The notes under the pieces are model-generated. The model did not search any database and was not told where the DNA came from. It worked only from the letters and a program-made list of their open reading frames with translations. A stretch of 32,000 nt of DNA from Deinococcus radiodurans R1 = ATCC 13939 = DSM 20539 (GTDB lineage Bacteria; Deinococcota; Deinococci; Deinococcales; Deinococcaceae), in contig NC_001263.1 of NCBI RefSeq assembly GCF_000008565.1, positions 1,668,602 through 1,700,601 of the forward strand, given 5' to 3'. Made by a program: the position numbers and the translations under genes. Of this stretch, positions 22,126-32,000 are shown piece by piece. Numbering within the stretch: the stretch's first letter is position 1; every line of letters starts with the position of its first letter.

Positions 22126-22785
22126 TTATTCCCCCAGATACCGCCGCAGCTCGTCGATGGAGTGCCCGGTGCCGATGACCACCAGTTTGTCGTGGGCGCG
22201 CAGCTCGTCCTCGGCGCGGGGGGTGACTTCCACATTCCCGTTGCGGCTGACCGCGATGACCTGCACACCAAAGCGGCCCGTGAGGTTGAGTTCGCGCAGG
22301 GTGCCGCGCAGTCGCTCGTTGGCCTCGATTTCGACGATGGCGTGGTCGCTGCCGAGGTCGAGCGTGTCCACGATGTTGGGGGTGGCGATCTGCCTGGCGA
22401 GGCGCACGCCCATGTCGTGCTCGGGCCGGATGATCAGGTCGGCGCCGAGGCGCTCGAGCACGCGCCGGGCCATTTCGTCGATCGCTTTGGTCACCACGTA
22501 GGGCGCGCCGAGGCTTTTGGCGTTCATGGTCGCCAGGATGTTGGCCTGCACGTCGGTGCCGATGGCGACGACCACCACGTCGAAATCGCCCACCCCGATG
22601 GCACGCAGCGCCCGTTCCTCGGTGGCGTCCACGATGGCGGCGTGGGTCACCAGGTTCATGACCCGCTCGACATTTTCCTCGGTGCGGTCGATGGCGACGA
22701 CCTCATGGCCCATCTCGTACAGGGTGGTGGCGACAGCGGTGCCAAAGCGGCCCAGGCCGATGACGAGGCACTGTTTAATCTTCAT
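22126..22785 (-). CDS. trkA: TrkA/KtrA-type K+ uptake regulatory subunit (RCK: NAD-binding N domain plus C domain)
   Basis: MKIKQCLVIGLGRFGTAVATTL (GxGxxG Rossmann) plus a TrkA_C-like C-terminal half. ATG 22785 is chosen over the track's 22806. Confidence 0.9.
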   Translation of the reverse strand: MKIKQCLVIGLGRFGTAVATTLYEMGHEVVAIDRTEENVERVMNLVTHAAIVDATEERALRAIGVGDFDVVVVAIGTDVQANILATMNAKSLGAPYVVTKAIDEMARRVLERLGADLIIRPEHDMGVRLARQIATPNIVDTLDLGSDHAIVEIEANERLRGTLRELNLTGRFGVQVIAVSRNGNVEVTPRAEDELRAHDKLVVIGTGHSIDELRRYLGE

Positions 22786-22792
22786 CGGGCTG

Positions 22793-22798
22793 AGTGTA
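22793..22798 (-). promoter_or_regulatory. -10 box TACACT, 7 nt upstream of trkA ATG 22785
   Basis: Minus strand GTGCTCTACACT-CAGCCCG-ATG. It lies between the trkH stop (22815-22817) and trkA. Confidence 0.4.
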
Positions 22799-22814
22799 GA
22801 GCACACTCACCGCG

Positions 22815-24191
<1,377 letters not shown>

Positions 24192-24204
24192 GGCCGCGCC
24201 GCCT

Positions 24205-25638
24205 TCACCCGATCAGGATGTCCCGGTCTGCCGGGTAGCGGGTAAGCATCTTTTCGGACGCCGGACGGCTGAACGCCACCGCGAAAGTCAATGGCCCGAT
24301 GCGCCCCAGGAACATCAGCGCGATGAGGACGGCTTCCTGCGCGGTGTTGAGCAGCGGCGTGGTGTTCATGCTCAGGCCCGCCGTGCCGAAGGCACTGACC
24401 GTCTCGAAAAAGAGTTGCAAGAACAGCACCTTCTTGTTGGTGTTGAGCAGCAGCATCAGCATGAAGCCCGCCGTGACCAGCCCCATGCTCAGCAGCCCCA
24501 CCGTCATGGCACGCAGAAGCGTCTCGGTGTCGATGCGGCGGTCAAAAAGCGTGGTGTCGCGCCGCCCGCGCACCATGCTCCACGCCGAGGCGACGATGAC
24601 GTAAAAGGTGTTCGTCTTGATGCCGCCGCCCGTAGAGCCGGGGTTGGCCCCGATGAACATCCACACGATGGTCATGAACAGCGCCGGAAAGCCCATCAGC
24701 CCGTAGTCGAGGGTGTTGAAGCCCGCCGTGCGCGGCGTCACGCTCTGAAACCACGATGCGAGCAGCTTGCCGTGCAGCGGCAGCGGCGCGAGCGTCCCCG
24801 GGTTGTTCCACTCGGTCAGGGCGAAAAACACGGTGCCGACCACCAGCAGCACGCCCGTCATGGTCAGTGAGAGCCGGGTATTCGTGCTCAGGCGGTTGCG
24901 GCGGCGGTCGCGCAGCCAGCCGAGCAGGTTGAGCTGCACCAGAAACCCCATGCCGCCGAAAATGATCAGCAGCGTGACCACCATGTTGATGAGCGGGTCG
25001 GACACGAAGCCCGTCAGGTTGGTGGAATAGAGGCTGAAACCCGCGTTGTTGAACGAGCTGATGGAGTGAAAAATGGCGTAGTAGATGCCGCGCAGTACGC
25101 CCTCACGCGGAATGAATGCGGGCAGCAGCAGCAGCGCCCCGAGGCCCTCAAACAGCAGCGAGGTCAGCACAATGGAGCGCACCAGCGAGGTCGCGCTGCC
25201 CAGGCTGGTCGCACTCACCTGCTGCTGCGCGTTGATGCGCCCGATGACTCCCAGCCGCCGCCGCAGCGCGAGCGCGAACAGCGTGCCGAGCGTAATGATG
25301 CCCAGCCCGCCCACCTGAATCAGCAGCAGCATGACGCTCTCGCCGAACACGTTGAAGGTGCTGCCGGGGTCCACCACCGCCAGCCCGGTCACGCACACGC
25401 AGCTCGTCGCCATGAAAAGGGCCTGGATAAAGGTGATGGACTTGCCCGCCTCGTGCGCGAACGGCAGCCACAACAGCACGGCCCCGATGAGAATGGCGGC
25501 GGCAAAGGTCAGCGCGATGAGTTGTGGGGGCCGCAGGCGCGAGGTCCAGGGGCGGCGGGTTTCCGCCGGGCGACCCGGTCCTCTTTGGCTGGCACTCTGG
25601 GAGGCCAGATCACGCGGGGCAGGGCCAGGACGGGTCAT
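24205..25638 (-). CDS. trkH: TrkH/KtrB-family K+ transporter membrane subunit (copy 2, paralogue)
   Basis: Same architecture as copy 1 (ATSCVCVTGL, GGLG, SSFNNAGF, TPRTAGF, GSTGGGIKT, AGLS). The start is placed at ATG 25638 (MTRPGPAP...). It lies 13 nt upstream of copy 1. Confidence 0.88.
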   Translation of the reverse strand: MTRPGPAPRDLASQSASQRGPGRPAETRRPWTSRLRPPQLIALTFAAAILIGAVLLWLPFAHEAGKSITFIQALFMATSCVCVTGLAVVDPGSTFNVFGESVMLLLIQVGGLGIITLGTLFALALRRRLGVIGRINAQQQVSATSLGSATSLVRSIVLTSLLFEGLGALLLLPAFIPREGVLRGIYYAIFHSISSFNNAGFSLYSTNLTGFVSDPLINMVVTLLIIFGGMGFLVQLNLLGWLRDRRRNRLSTNTRLSLTMTGVLLVVGTVFFALTEWNNPGTLAPLPLHGKLLASWFQSVTPRTAGFNTLDYGLMGFPALFMTIVWMFIGANPGSTGGGIKTNTFYVIVASAWSMVRGRRDTTLFDRRIDTETLLRAMTVGLLSMGLVTAGFMLMLLLNTNKKVLFLQLFFETVSAFGTAGLSMNTTPLLNTAQEAVLIALMFLGRIGPLTFAVAFSRPASEKMLTRYPADRDILIG

Positions 25639-25650
25639 AGAACGGGGCGG

Positions 25651-25659
25651 ATTGTAGCA
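25651..25659 (-). promoter_or_regulatory. Extended -10 TGcTACAAT, 12 nt upstream of ATG 25638
   Basis: Minus strand GGTGCTACAAT-CCGCCCCGTTCT-ATG. Confidence 0.5.
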
Positions 25660-25703
25660 CCGCGCCGGGCCAGGGCCGCGCGGCTCACATGGACCGACCG
25701 GGC

Positions 25704-25709
25704 TATACT
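25704..25709 (+). promoter_or_regulatory. -10 box TATACT, 8 nt upstream of ATG 25718 (leaderless-type promoter)
   Basis: GGGCTATACT-GCTCCGCT-ATG. No SD. It is divergent from the trkH promoter. Confidence 0.5.
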
Positions 25710-25717
25710 GCTCCGCT

Positions 25718-26836
25718 ATGCCGCGCCCCCGTTCCAACAGCAACCCCGCCTACGCCAACCGCTCGTCTGTGGGCAAAACCAGCAAAAAGAGCCGTCCCAA
25801 GGGGGACTACCGCGCCCGGCAGCCCGCGCGCGAGTACGAACTCGACGTGCTGCCGGGGCTGGAGGAGGTGGCGGCCACCGAACTTGCGGGGGTCCCGCTC
25901 GCCCGCGATGTCCGGGGCCTGCGCTTCTGGTATCCCGGCAGCCCCGAGCGGCTGACCCGGCTCCGCTCGGCGGTGGCCGTCTACCGCATCAAGTCCTGGG
26001 ACGTGCCGCGCCCGCGCGGGCTGCTCGGGCACCAGCAACTCGGCGAACTCGTCAGCTACGTGCGCGAGGTGACCGAGGTGGGCGGGCACCGCTCCTTCCG
26101 CATCGGCGCGGCGGGCAAGGAGTCACCGACCATGCAGCGGCTCGCCGAGGAACTCAGCGCGGCGCTCGGCCTGCCCCACGACCCCGAGGAAGGCGAACTG
26201 CTGCTGCGGCTGCGGCCCTCGGCAGATAGGCAGGGCGCGGACGGGCAAGGCTGGGACGTGCTCGCCCGCATTACCCCCCGGCCCCTCTCGGCGCGGGCGT
26301 GGCGCGAGTGCAACATGGGCGGGGGGCTGAACGCCACCATCGCCTACGCCATGCATAAACTCGCCGGGCAACGCGACGAGGACCGCATCTTCAACCCCAT
26401 GAGCGGCAGCGGCACCCTGCTCATCGAGCGGGCGCTGCTGGGGCCGTATGCCGCGCTCGTCGGGGTGGACATCGACCCCGTTGCCGTGGCCTGCGCCCGC
26501 ACCAACCTCAGGGCGGCGGGCAAGGAAGTGGAGGTCGCGCAGGTGGACGCGCTGCACACCGGGCTGCCTTCCCGCTCCTTTGACCTCGTCATCAGTGACC
26601 TGCCGTGGGGAGACGCCATCGGCTCGCACCAGAGCAACGAGACGCTTTACCCCGCCTTCCTCAAGGAAATGCACCGCCTGACCAGTCGCCGGGGCCGGCT
26701 GTGCCTCCTCACCCACGAACTGCGCCTGTTTGAGCGCGTCATGCGCGAGCAGAGCGACTGGGAAGCGAAGGAACTGTTTCAGGTCTACAGCGGCGGGCAC
26801 CACCCGAAGGCGTACCTGCTGCACAAGCGGGGATAG
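25718..26836 (+). CDS. THUMP-domain class I SAM-dependent RNA methyltransferase (Trm14/TrmN/RlmL-like m2G type)
   Basis: N-terminal ferredoxin-like/THUMP-like part, SAM motif I FNPMSGSGTLLIE, VGVDID, and motif IV DLPWG. Confidence 0.7.
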   Translation: MPRPRSNSNPAYANRSSVGKTSKKSRPKGDYRARQPAREYELDVLPGLEEVAATELAGVPLARDVRGLRFWYPGSPERLTRLRSAVAVYRIKSWDVPRPRGLLGHQQLGELVSYVREVTEVGGHRSFRIGAAGKESPTMQRLAEELSAALGLPHDPEEGELLLRLRPSADRQGADGQGWDVLARITPRPLSARAWRECNMGGGLNATIAYAMHKLAGQRDEDRIFNPMSGSGTLLIERALLGPYAALVGVDIDPVAVACARTNLRAAGKEVEVAQVDALHTGLPSRSFDLVISDLPWGDAIGSHQSNETLYPAFLKEMHRLTSRRGRLCLLTHELRLFERVMREQSDWEAKELFQVYSGGHHPKAYLLHKRG

Positions 26837-26853
26837 GATTCGCTCAAACCAAC

Positions 26854-26886
26854 AAAAAGCGCACCCCTGGCCGAGTGCGCTTTTTT
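26854..26886. terminator. Bidirectional intrinsic terminator (methyltransferase gene and convergent cysS)
   Basis: AAAAAGCGCAC-N10-GTGCGCTTTTTT: an A-run before and a T-run after a 7-bp GC-rich stem (26858-26864 and 26875-26881). Confidence 0.75.
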
Positions 26887-27005
26887 GCTTTTCTATTCTC
26901 TTCGAAGTTGCTGAGGGAAGCATAGCCAGCGTCCCTGACAGCGGCATGACAGCGCGGCGAGATGAAGGGGCGCCAGCCTCACGGCCCCCACATCGAACCC
27001 GGCAC

Positions 27006-28502
<1,497 letters not shown>

Positions 28503-28524
28503 GGCATGTCCTCGCAGGGAAAAC

Positions 28525-28565
28525 AAAAAAACCGCGCCTCGTTCCGGCAAGGGAAAGGGGCGCGG
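28525..28565 (-). terminator. Intrinsic terminator inside the cysS leader (attenuator)
   Basis: Minus strand CCGCGCC (28565-28559), a 20-nt loop, GGCGCGG (28538-28532), then TTTTTTT (28531-28525). Only 22 nt separate it from the cysS ATG. Confidence 0.75.
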
Positions 28566-28590
28566 CAGGGCAGATGTGCTGCTTACCGCG
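28561..28590 (-). promoter_or_regulatory. Candidate antiterminator hairpin competing with the cysS leader terminator
   Basis: CGCGG (28590-28586) pairs with CCGCG (28565-28561), and GCAG (28582-28579) pairs with CUGC (28573-28570). The 3' arm is the first 5 nt of the terminator's 5' arm. The 5' arm is the last codons of the leader ORF. Confidence 0.4.
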
Positions 28591-28615
28591 TTCGGGGGCA
28601 ACACAGGGCGTTCAT
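28583..28615 (-). CDS. Candidate cysS leader peptide, 10 codons with tandem Cys codons ([10 protein letters not shown])
   Basis: ATG AAC GCC CTG TGT TGC CCC CGA ACG CGG TAA on the minus strand. The ATG lies 7 nt after a -10-like box. Confidence 0.45.
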   Translation of the reverse strand: MNALCCPRTR

Positions 28616-28622
28616 GGGAAGG

Positions 28623-28631
28623 AGGATAGCA
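28623..28631 (-). promoter_or_regulatory. Extended -10-like TGcTATCCT, 7 nt upstream of the leader-peptide ATG
   Basis: Minus strand CTCTGCTATCCT-CCTTCCC-ATG. The spacing is the same as at the other leaderless candidates. Confidence 0.35.
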
Positions 28632-28691
28632 GAGCGAGACGCAAATGCACGGTAAGGGCGGTCTAGAGCAGTGGACGGAGCAGACGCCACA

Positions 28692-29210
28692 TCACCAGCA
28701 GGCGCTTACAGCTTTCATGCCGGCGGTCAGACCCCTGGAATCGAACTGGTAACTGACCGGCACGAGGTTGCCGCCTTCGCGCATGACAGTGACCGCCACC
28801 GGGCCGTTCGCGTTGACCAGGGATTTGTAAAGCCCTCCGGACACGTCGGCGTACTCGGTTTCCCACACCGAGAACTTGCCCGTCTGCTTGTCCTTGCGGA
28901 CATATCCGGGGCCACTCGCCAGCGTTTTGCCCTGCTTGACCATCAGGAGCACGTCGGTTTCGCTGGTCGCGAGCACGTCACGCGAGTACAGGCTCATGGT
29001 GTAGCTGCCCTTGCCGTGGCACTTGAACGCCAGATAGGTCTTGCCGCTCGGGTCCCCGACAGCGTCGAAAAACACCATGCTGGTGTTCTGCCCGCCGGTC
29101 TTCTGGACCTTGTAGGACACACTGGTGCCGGGAACGCGCTGATCAGCGAGGGCTGTCCCTGCCAGGGCAGCGGCCAGAAGAAGGATTTTCCGCATGCCGG
29201 AGTAGAGCAT
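28692..29210 (-). CDS. Hypothetical secreted protein, 172 aa
   Basis: AGGAG lies 7 nt upstream of ATG 29210. Signal peptide ...MRKILLLAAALAGTALA-DQ. No family recognised. Confidence 0.6.
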   Translation of the reverse strand: MLYSGMRKILLLAAALAGTALADQRVPGTSVSYKVQKTGGQNTSMVFFDAVGDPSGKTYLAFKCHGKGSYTMSLYSRDVLATSETDVLLMVKQGKTLASGPGYVRKDKQTGKFSVWETEYADVSGGLYKSLVNANGPVAVTVMREGGNLVPVSYQFDSRGLTAGMKAVSACW

Positions 29211-29304
29211 GTGGTTGCTCCTGTCTAGAGCGGTTGCCGTGAAAGACCCTTCATCTTTTCCCTCAGATAGAGCTTCCCCTTCGCAAGTCTCGCTGCACTA
29301 GGGT

Positions 29305-30009
29305 GTGGAAGTTATGGCGCGGCCCCCCAACAACCTCACTCCTGAACCCGTTTCTCCTGTCCTCCTGACCCCCGACGGCTCGCGCACCGCCCACAACGCC
29401 CGTTACGGCGAGGCCTACGGGTCACGGCACGGAGCGCAGACGCAGGCGCATCACGTCTTTCTGGAAGGCAGCGGCAGCGATAGTGACCCGGCCCCCCGCG
29501 TTTTGGAAATTGGCTTCGGCCTGGGCGTGAATTTCCGGGCGACGCTGGCTAACACGGCGGGGCGGGGCGTTGCGCTCGATTATCTCGCCTACGAATTTGA
29601 CCCTGCCCCCGCCAACCTGCTGCGTGAAGTGGCTGAGGGTGGAGAGGGCGCCGGGCACCCGCTGTGGCCGCAGGTGTTGGGAATGTGGGGACAAGCTGAG
29701 GCGCTGGACGAGGCCGCGAACGGGGCGCGGCTGCGGGTGAAGTTCTGCGATGTGACGCGGGCCGAACTGCCACAGTATTGGGCCACCGCGCTGTATCTCG
29801 ACGGCTTTTCGCCCACGCGCAACCCGGAAGTCTGGACCCCCGACTTCGTGGCGCGGCTGGCGGGGGCGCTCGCGCCGGGCGGCGTGCTGACCACCTACTC
29901 GGCGGCGGGACACGTGCGGCGCAGTCTGGCAGCGGCGGGCCTGGATGTGGAGCGGCGGCCCGGCGCCCCCGGCAAGCGCGAGTGCCTGCGCGCCGTGAAG
30001 CCAGCGTGA
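29305..30009 (+). CDS. mnmC: tRNA 5-methylaminomethyl-2-thiouridine methyltransferase (stand-alone MnmC methyltransferase domain, DUF752-type)
   Basis: [12 protein letters not shown]...[17 protein letters not shown]...[37 protein letters not shown] parallels the E. coli MnmC N-terminal domain from memory. The start is GTG 29305 or ATG 29314. Confidence 0.8.
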   Translation: MEVMARPPNNLTPEPVSPVLLTPDGSRTAHNARYGEAYGSRHGAQTQAHHVFLEGSGSDSDPAPRVLEIGFGLGVNFRATLANTAGRGVALDYLAYEFDPAPANLLREVAEGGEGAGHPLWPQVLGMWGQAEALDEAANGARLRVKFCDVTRAELPQYWATALYLDGFSPTRNPEVWTPDFVARLAGALAPGGVLTTYSAAGHVRRSLAAAGLDVERRPGAPGKRECLRAVKPA

Positions 30010-31028
30010 GGGTCACCGTCATCGGCGGCGGCATCGCGGGGAGCAGCCTCGCCTATTTCCTGGCGCGGGGCGGGGCGCGGGTCACGCTGGTGGACGCAGG
30101 CGAGCACACCGCCAGCCACGTGCCCGCCGCGCTGCTCAATCCGGTGCGCGGGCAGTCGGGACAGGTGGACGCGCAGGCGCTCGCCGGGCTGGCGGCGACC
30201 TGGGCGCTGCTGGACGAACTGTCGGCGGCAGGGTTCGTTGTCCCTCACGGGCGAGAAGGCGTCCTGCGTCCACTGCCCGACGAGAAGACCCGGCGCAAGT
30301 TCGAGCGCCACCTTCCCGCCGAGCTGCCCCACGAGTGGCGCGATCCTGCCGACTGCCTCCCTGCCGACCGTCCGCTCGCCCCCGGCTGGCACGCGGCGCT
30401 GTGGTTGCCAACGGGGGGCTGGGTGGACGGACGGGCCTTTTGCACTGCGCTGCAACAGGCGAGCGGGGCCGAGATGGTGCGGGGCCGGGCCGTGCAGCGA
30501 GGCGACGAATGGCTGCTGCAAAACGGCGAAGACCTGTCTCCTCTCAACCGTCACCCTTCAACCATCATCCACTGCGGCGGGTCCATCGGCTCCACCTGGG
30601 CCGGCGAAACACGCACCCACCGCATGGGCACCATGCTGCTGCTCGACCGGGCACCGACCGCCTCTCCCCTCAGCTTCGGCGCTTACCTCTCCCCCACCGC
30701 TGAGGGCGGGGCGCTCGGCGGCACTTTCGAGGCACCCCGCCCAGCGTGGCAGGAGCCGGCGCTGCCGTTCGCCTCGCTGCACTGGCTGCTCGGCAAGGGT
30801 ACGGCGCTGACCAGTCTGCGCGGCCTTCAGGTGACGGGCCGCTGGACCGGCTCGCGGCTGAGTGGACTGCAAGTGGGGCAGGATGAGGCAGGCCACTGGC
30901 ACCTCAGCGGCCTGAGCAGCAAAGGCTTTTTGCTGGGGCCGCTGCTCGCCCGTGAGCTGGCGGAGCAGGTTCTGAGCGGTCAGAAATGGTCGGAGCAGGG
31001 CGCTGCGCCCGCGTCACACCTCCGGTAA
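30006..31028 (+). CDS. FAD-dependent oxidoreductase (DAO family), probably the MnmC oxidoreductase domain as a separate protein
   Basis: GTG 30006 overlaps the upstream TGA (GTGA). The N-terminus [32 protein letters not shown] is a dinucleotide-binding fold. I reject the track's 29778 extension, which overlaps the previous gene. Confidence 0.7.
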   Translation: MRVTVIGGGIAGSSLAYFLARGGARVTLVDAGEHTASHVPAALLNPVRGQSGQVDAQALAGLAATWALLDELSAAGFVVPHGREGVLRPLPDEKTRRKFERHLPAELPHEWRDPADCLPADRPLAPGWHAALWLPTGGWVDGRAFCTALQQASGAEMVRGRAVQRGDEWLLQNGEDLSPLNRHPSTIIHCGGSIGSTWAGETRTHRMGTMLLLDRAPTASPLSFGAYLSPTAEGGALGGTFEAPRPAWQEPALPFASLHWLLGKGTALTSLRGLQVTGRWTGSRLSGLQVGQDEAGHWHLSGLSSKGFLLGPLLARELAEQVLSGQKWSEQGAAPASHLR

Positions 31029-31063
31029 CGCCGCAGCTGCCTAGACGCCCCTACTCTCTCCCT

Positions 31064-31069
31064 TAAACT
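31064..31069 (+). promoter_or_regulatory. -10 box TAAACT, 7 nt upstream of ATG 31077 (leaderless-type promoter)
   Basis: CCTTAAACT-GTCTCTC-ATG. No SD. Confidence 0.4.
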
Positions 31070-31076
31070 GTCTCTC

Positions 31077-32000
31077 ATGGCGAAATACCGCATTTGTCTC
31101 ATCGAGGGCGACGGCATCGGGCACGAAGTGATTCCTGCCGCCAAGCGCGTGCTGGAAGCCGCCGGCTTCGACGCCGAGTATGTTCACGCCGAGGCCGGCT
31201 ACGAATACTTCCTCGACCACGGCACCAGCGTGCCAGAAGCCACCTACGACGCGGTGGAAAACACCGACGCGACCCTGTTCGGCGCGGCGACCAGCCCCAG
31301 CGGCGAAAAGCCCGCCGGATTCTTCGGCGCCATCCGTCACCTGCGTCAGAAGTACAACCTGTACGCCAACGTCAGGCCGACCAAGACCCGCCCGGTGCCC
31401 CACTCCTACGAGAACGTGGACCTCGTCATCGTGCGTGAAAACACCCAGGGCCTCTACGTCGAGCAGGAGCGGCGCTACGGCGATACCGCAATTGCCGACA
31501 CCGTGATTACCCGTGAAGCGAGCGACCGCATCGGCAAGTTTGCCGCCGACCTCGCCATGAAGCGCAGCAAGCGCCTGACGGTGGTCCACAAGTCCAACGT
31601 GCTGCCGGTGACGCAGGGCCTGTTCATGAACACCATCCTCGACCACACCAAGACCGTCGAGGGCCTCTCCACGAGCACCATGATCGTGGACAACGCCGCC
31701 ATGCAGCTCGTACGCAACCCGCAGCAGTTCGACGTGATGGTCATGACCAACATGTTCGGCGACATCCTCTCCGACCTCGCCGCCGGTCTGGTGGGCGGGC
31801 TGGGCATCGCCGCCTCGGGCAACGTGGGCGACCAGTTCGGCATCTTCGAGTCGGTGCACGGCTCGGCCCCCGACATCGCCGGTCAGGGCATTTCCAACCC
31901 GACCGCCACCATCCTGGCCGCCGTCATCATGCTCGACCACCTCGGCGACCACGAAACGGCCCGCCGCCTCGACAACGCCATCAACAAGGTGCTCGCCGAA
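31077..32000 (+). CDS. Isocitrate/isopropylmalate dehydrogenase-family enzyme, homoisocitrate/3-isopropylmalate dehydrogenase type (3' end outside the window)
   Basis: My own translation: [31 protein letters not shown]...NLYANVRP...[14 protein letters not shown]...VHKSNVL...[31 protein letters not shown]...[21 protein letters not shown]. It is not in the ORF track because there is no stop inside the window. The 303-aa antisense track ORF is spurious. Confidence 0.9.
   Translation, partial: MAKYRICLIEGDGIGHEVIPAAKRVLEAAGFDAEYVHAEAGYEYFLDHGTSVPEATYDAVENTDATLFGAATSPSGEKPAGFFGAIRHLRQKYNLYANVRPTKTRPVPHSYENVDLVIVRENTQGLYVEQERRYGDTAIADTVITREASDRIGKFAADLAMKRSKRLTVVHKSNVLPVTQGLFMNTILDHTKTVEGLSTSTMIVDNAAMQLVRNPQQFDVMVMTNMFGDILSDLAAGLVGGLGIAASGNVGDQFGIFESVHGSAPDIAGQGISNPTATILAAVIMLDHLGDHETARRLDNAINKVLAE

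Noticed and set aside
21458-22501. 347-aa plus-strand ORF spanning the mqnB start, the hypothetical gene and trkA
   Set aside because: It crosses three independently supported genes in the wrong frame or strand and is Arg/Ala/Pro-rich.
26985-27003. GGTTCGA-containing stretch (minus strand CCGGGTTCGATGTGGGGG) resembling a tRNA T-arm
   Set aside because: The flanks do not form a T-stem and there is no acceptor or anticodon arm. It is not a tRNA or a tRNA fragment.
28503-28604. N-terminal extension of cysS from GTG 28604 (track ORF)
   Set aside because: The extension would be translated through the hairpin and U7 terminator and has no homology. ATG 28502 has a GAGGA SD and matches the CysRS N-terminus.
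28503-28691. T-box riboswitch upstream of cysS
   Set aside because: A terminator in front of an aminoacyl-tRNA synthetase gene suggested a T-box. However, the leader is only about 115-190 nt and has no GGGUGGNACCGCG-like T-box sequence, no stem I GA/K-turn and no specifier-loop features. The leader-peptide model fits better.

Overview
This is a high-GC bacterial chromosomal segment. Hand counts on single 60-nt lines give about 75% GC in housekeeping genes. The gene content (bacillithiol bshC, futalosine mqnB, a SpoVS homologue, a homoisocitrate/isopropylmalate-type dehydrogenase) and an insertion sequence I recognise from memory as ISDra2 point to Deinococcus, probably D. radiodurans-like. 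I could not run any search to confirm this. I support about 29 protein-coding features and found no rRNA, tRNA or CRISPR array. The stand-out is a 1,736-bp IS200/IS605-family element at 6364-8099 on the minus strand. It carries tnpA (Y1 HUH transposase), tnpB (RuvC-type RNA-guided nuclease) and the right-end omega/reRNA. It sits immediately 3' of a TTGAT inside the fused permease gene of a TAXI-type TRAP transporter, and deleting it in silico restores that reading frame. The second notable signal lies upstream of cysS: a leaderless-looking 10-codon ORF with two adjacent Cys codons ([10 protein letters not shown]), followed by mutually exclusive hairpins and a U7 terminator 22 nt before the cysS start. 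I read this as a candidate Cys-sensing attenuator. Other observations: a -10 hexamer sits 5-8 nt upstream of the start codon of about a dozen genes (leaderless mRNA geometry); bshC carries a 1-nt frameshift; two hairpin MITE/SNR-like elements share TSATACGG termini; a 46-codon membrane ORF is missing from the ORF track; two hypothetical envelope genes lie in a lower-GC block; mnmC is split with a GTGA overlap; two trkH paralogues sit in tandem with trkA; and two transporter components are orphans. Most long ORFs antisense to these genes are GC-driven artefacts.
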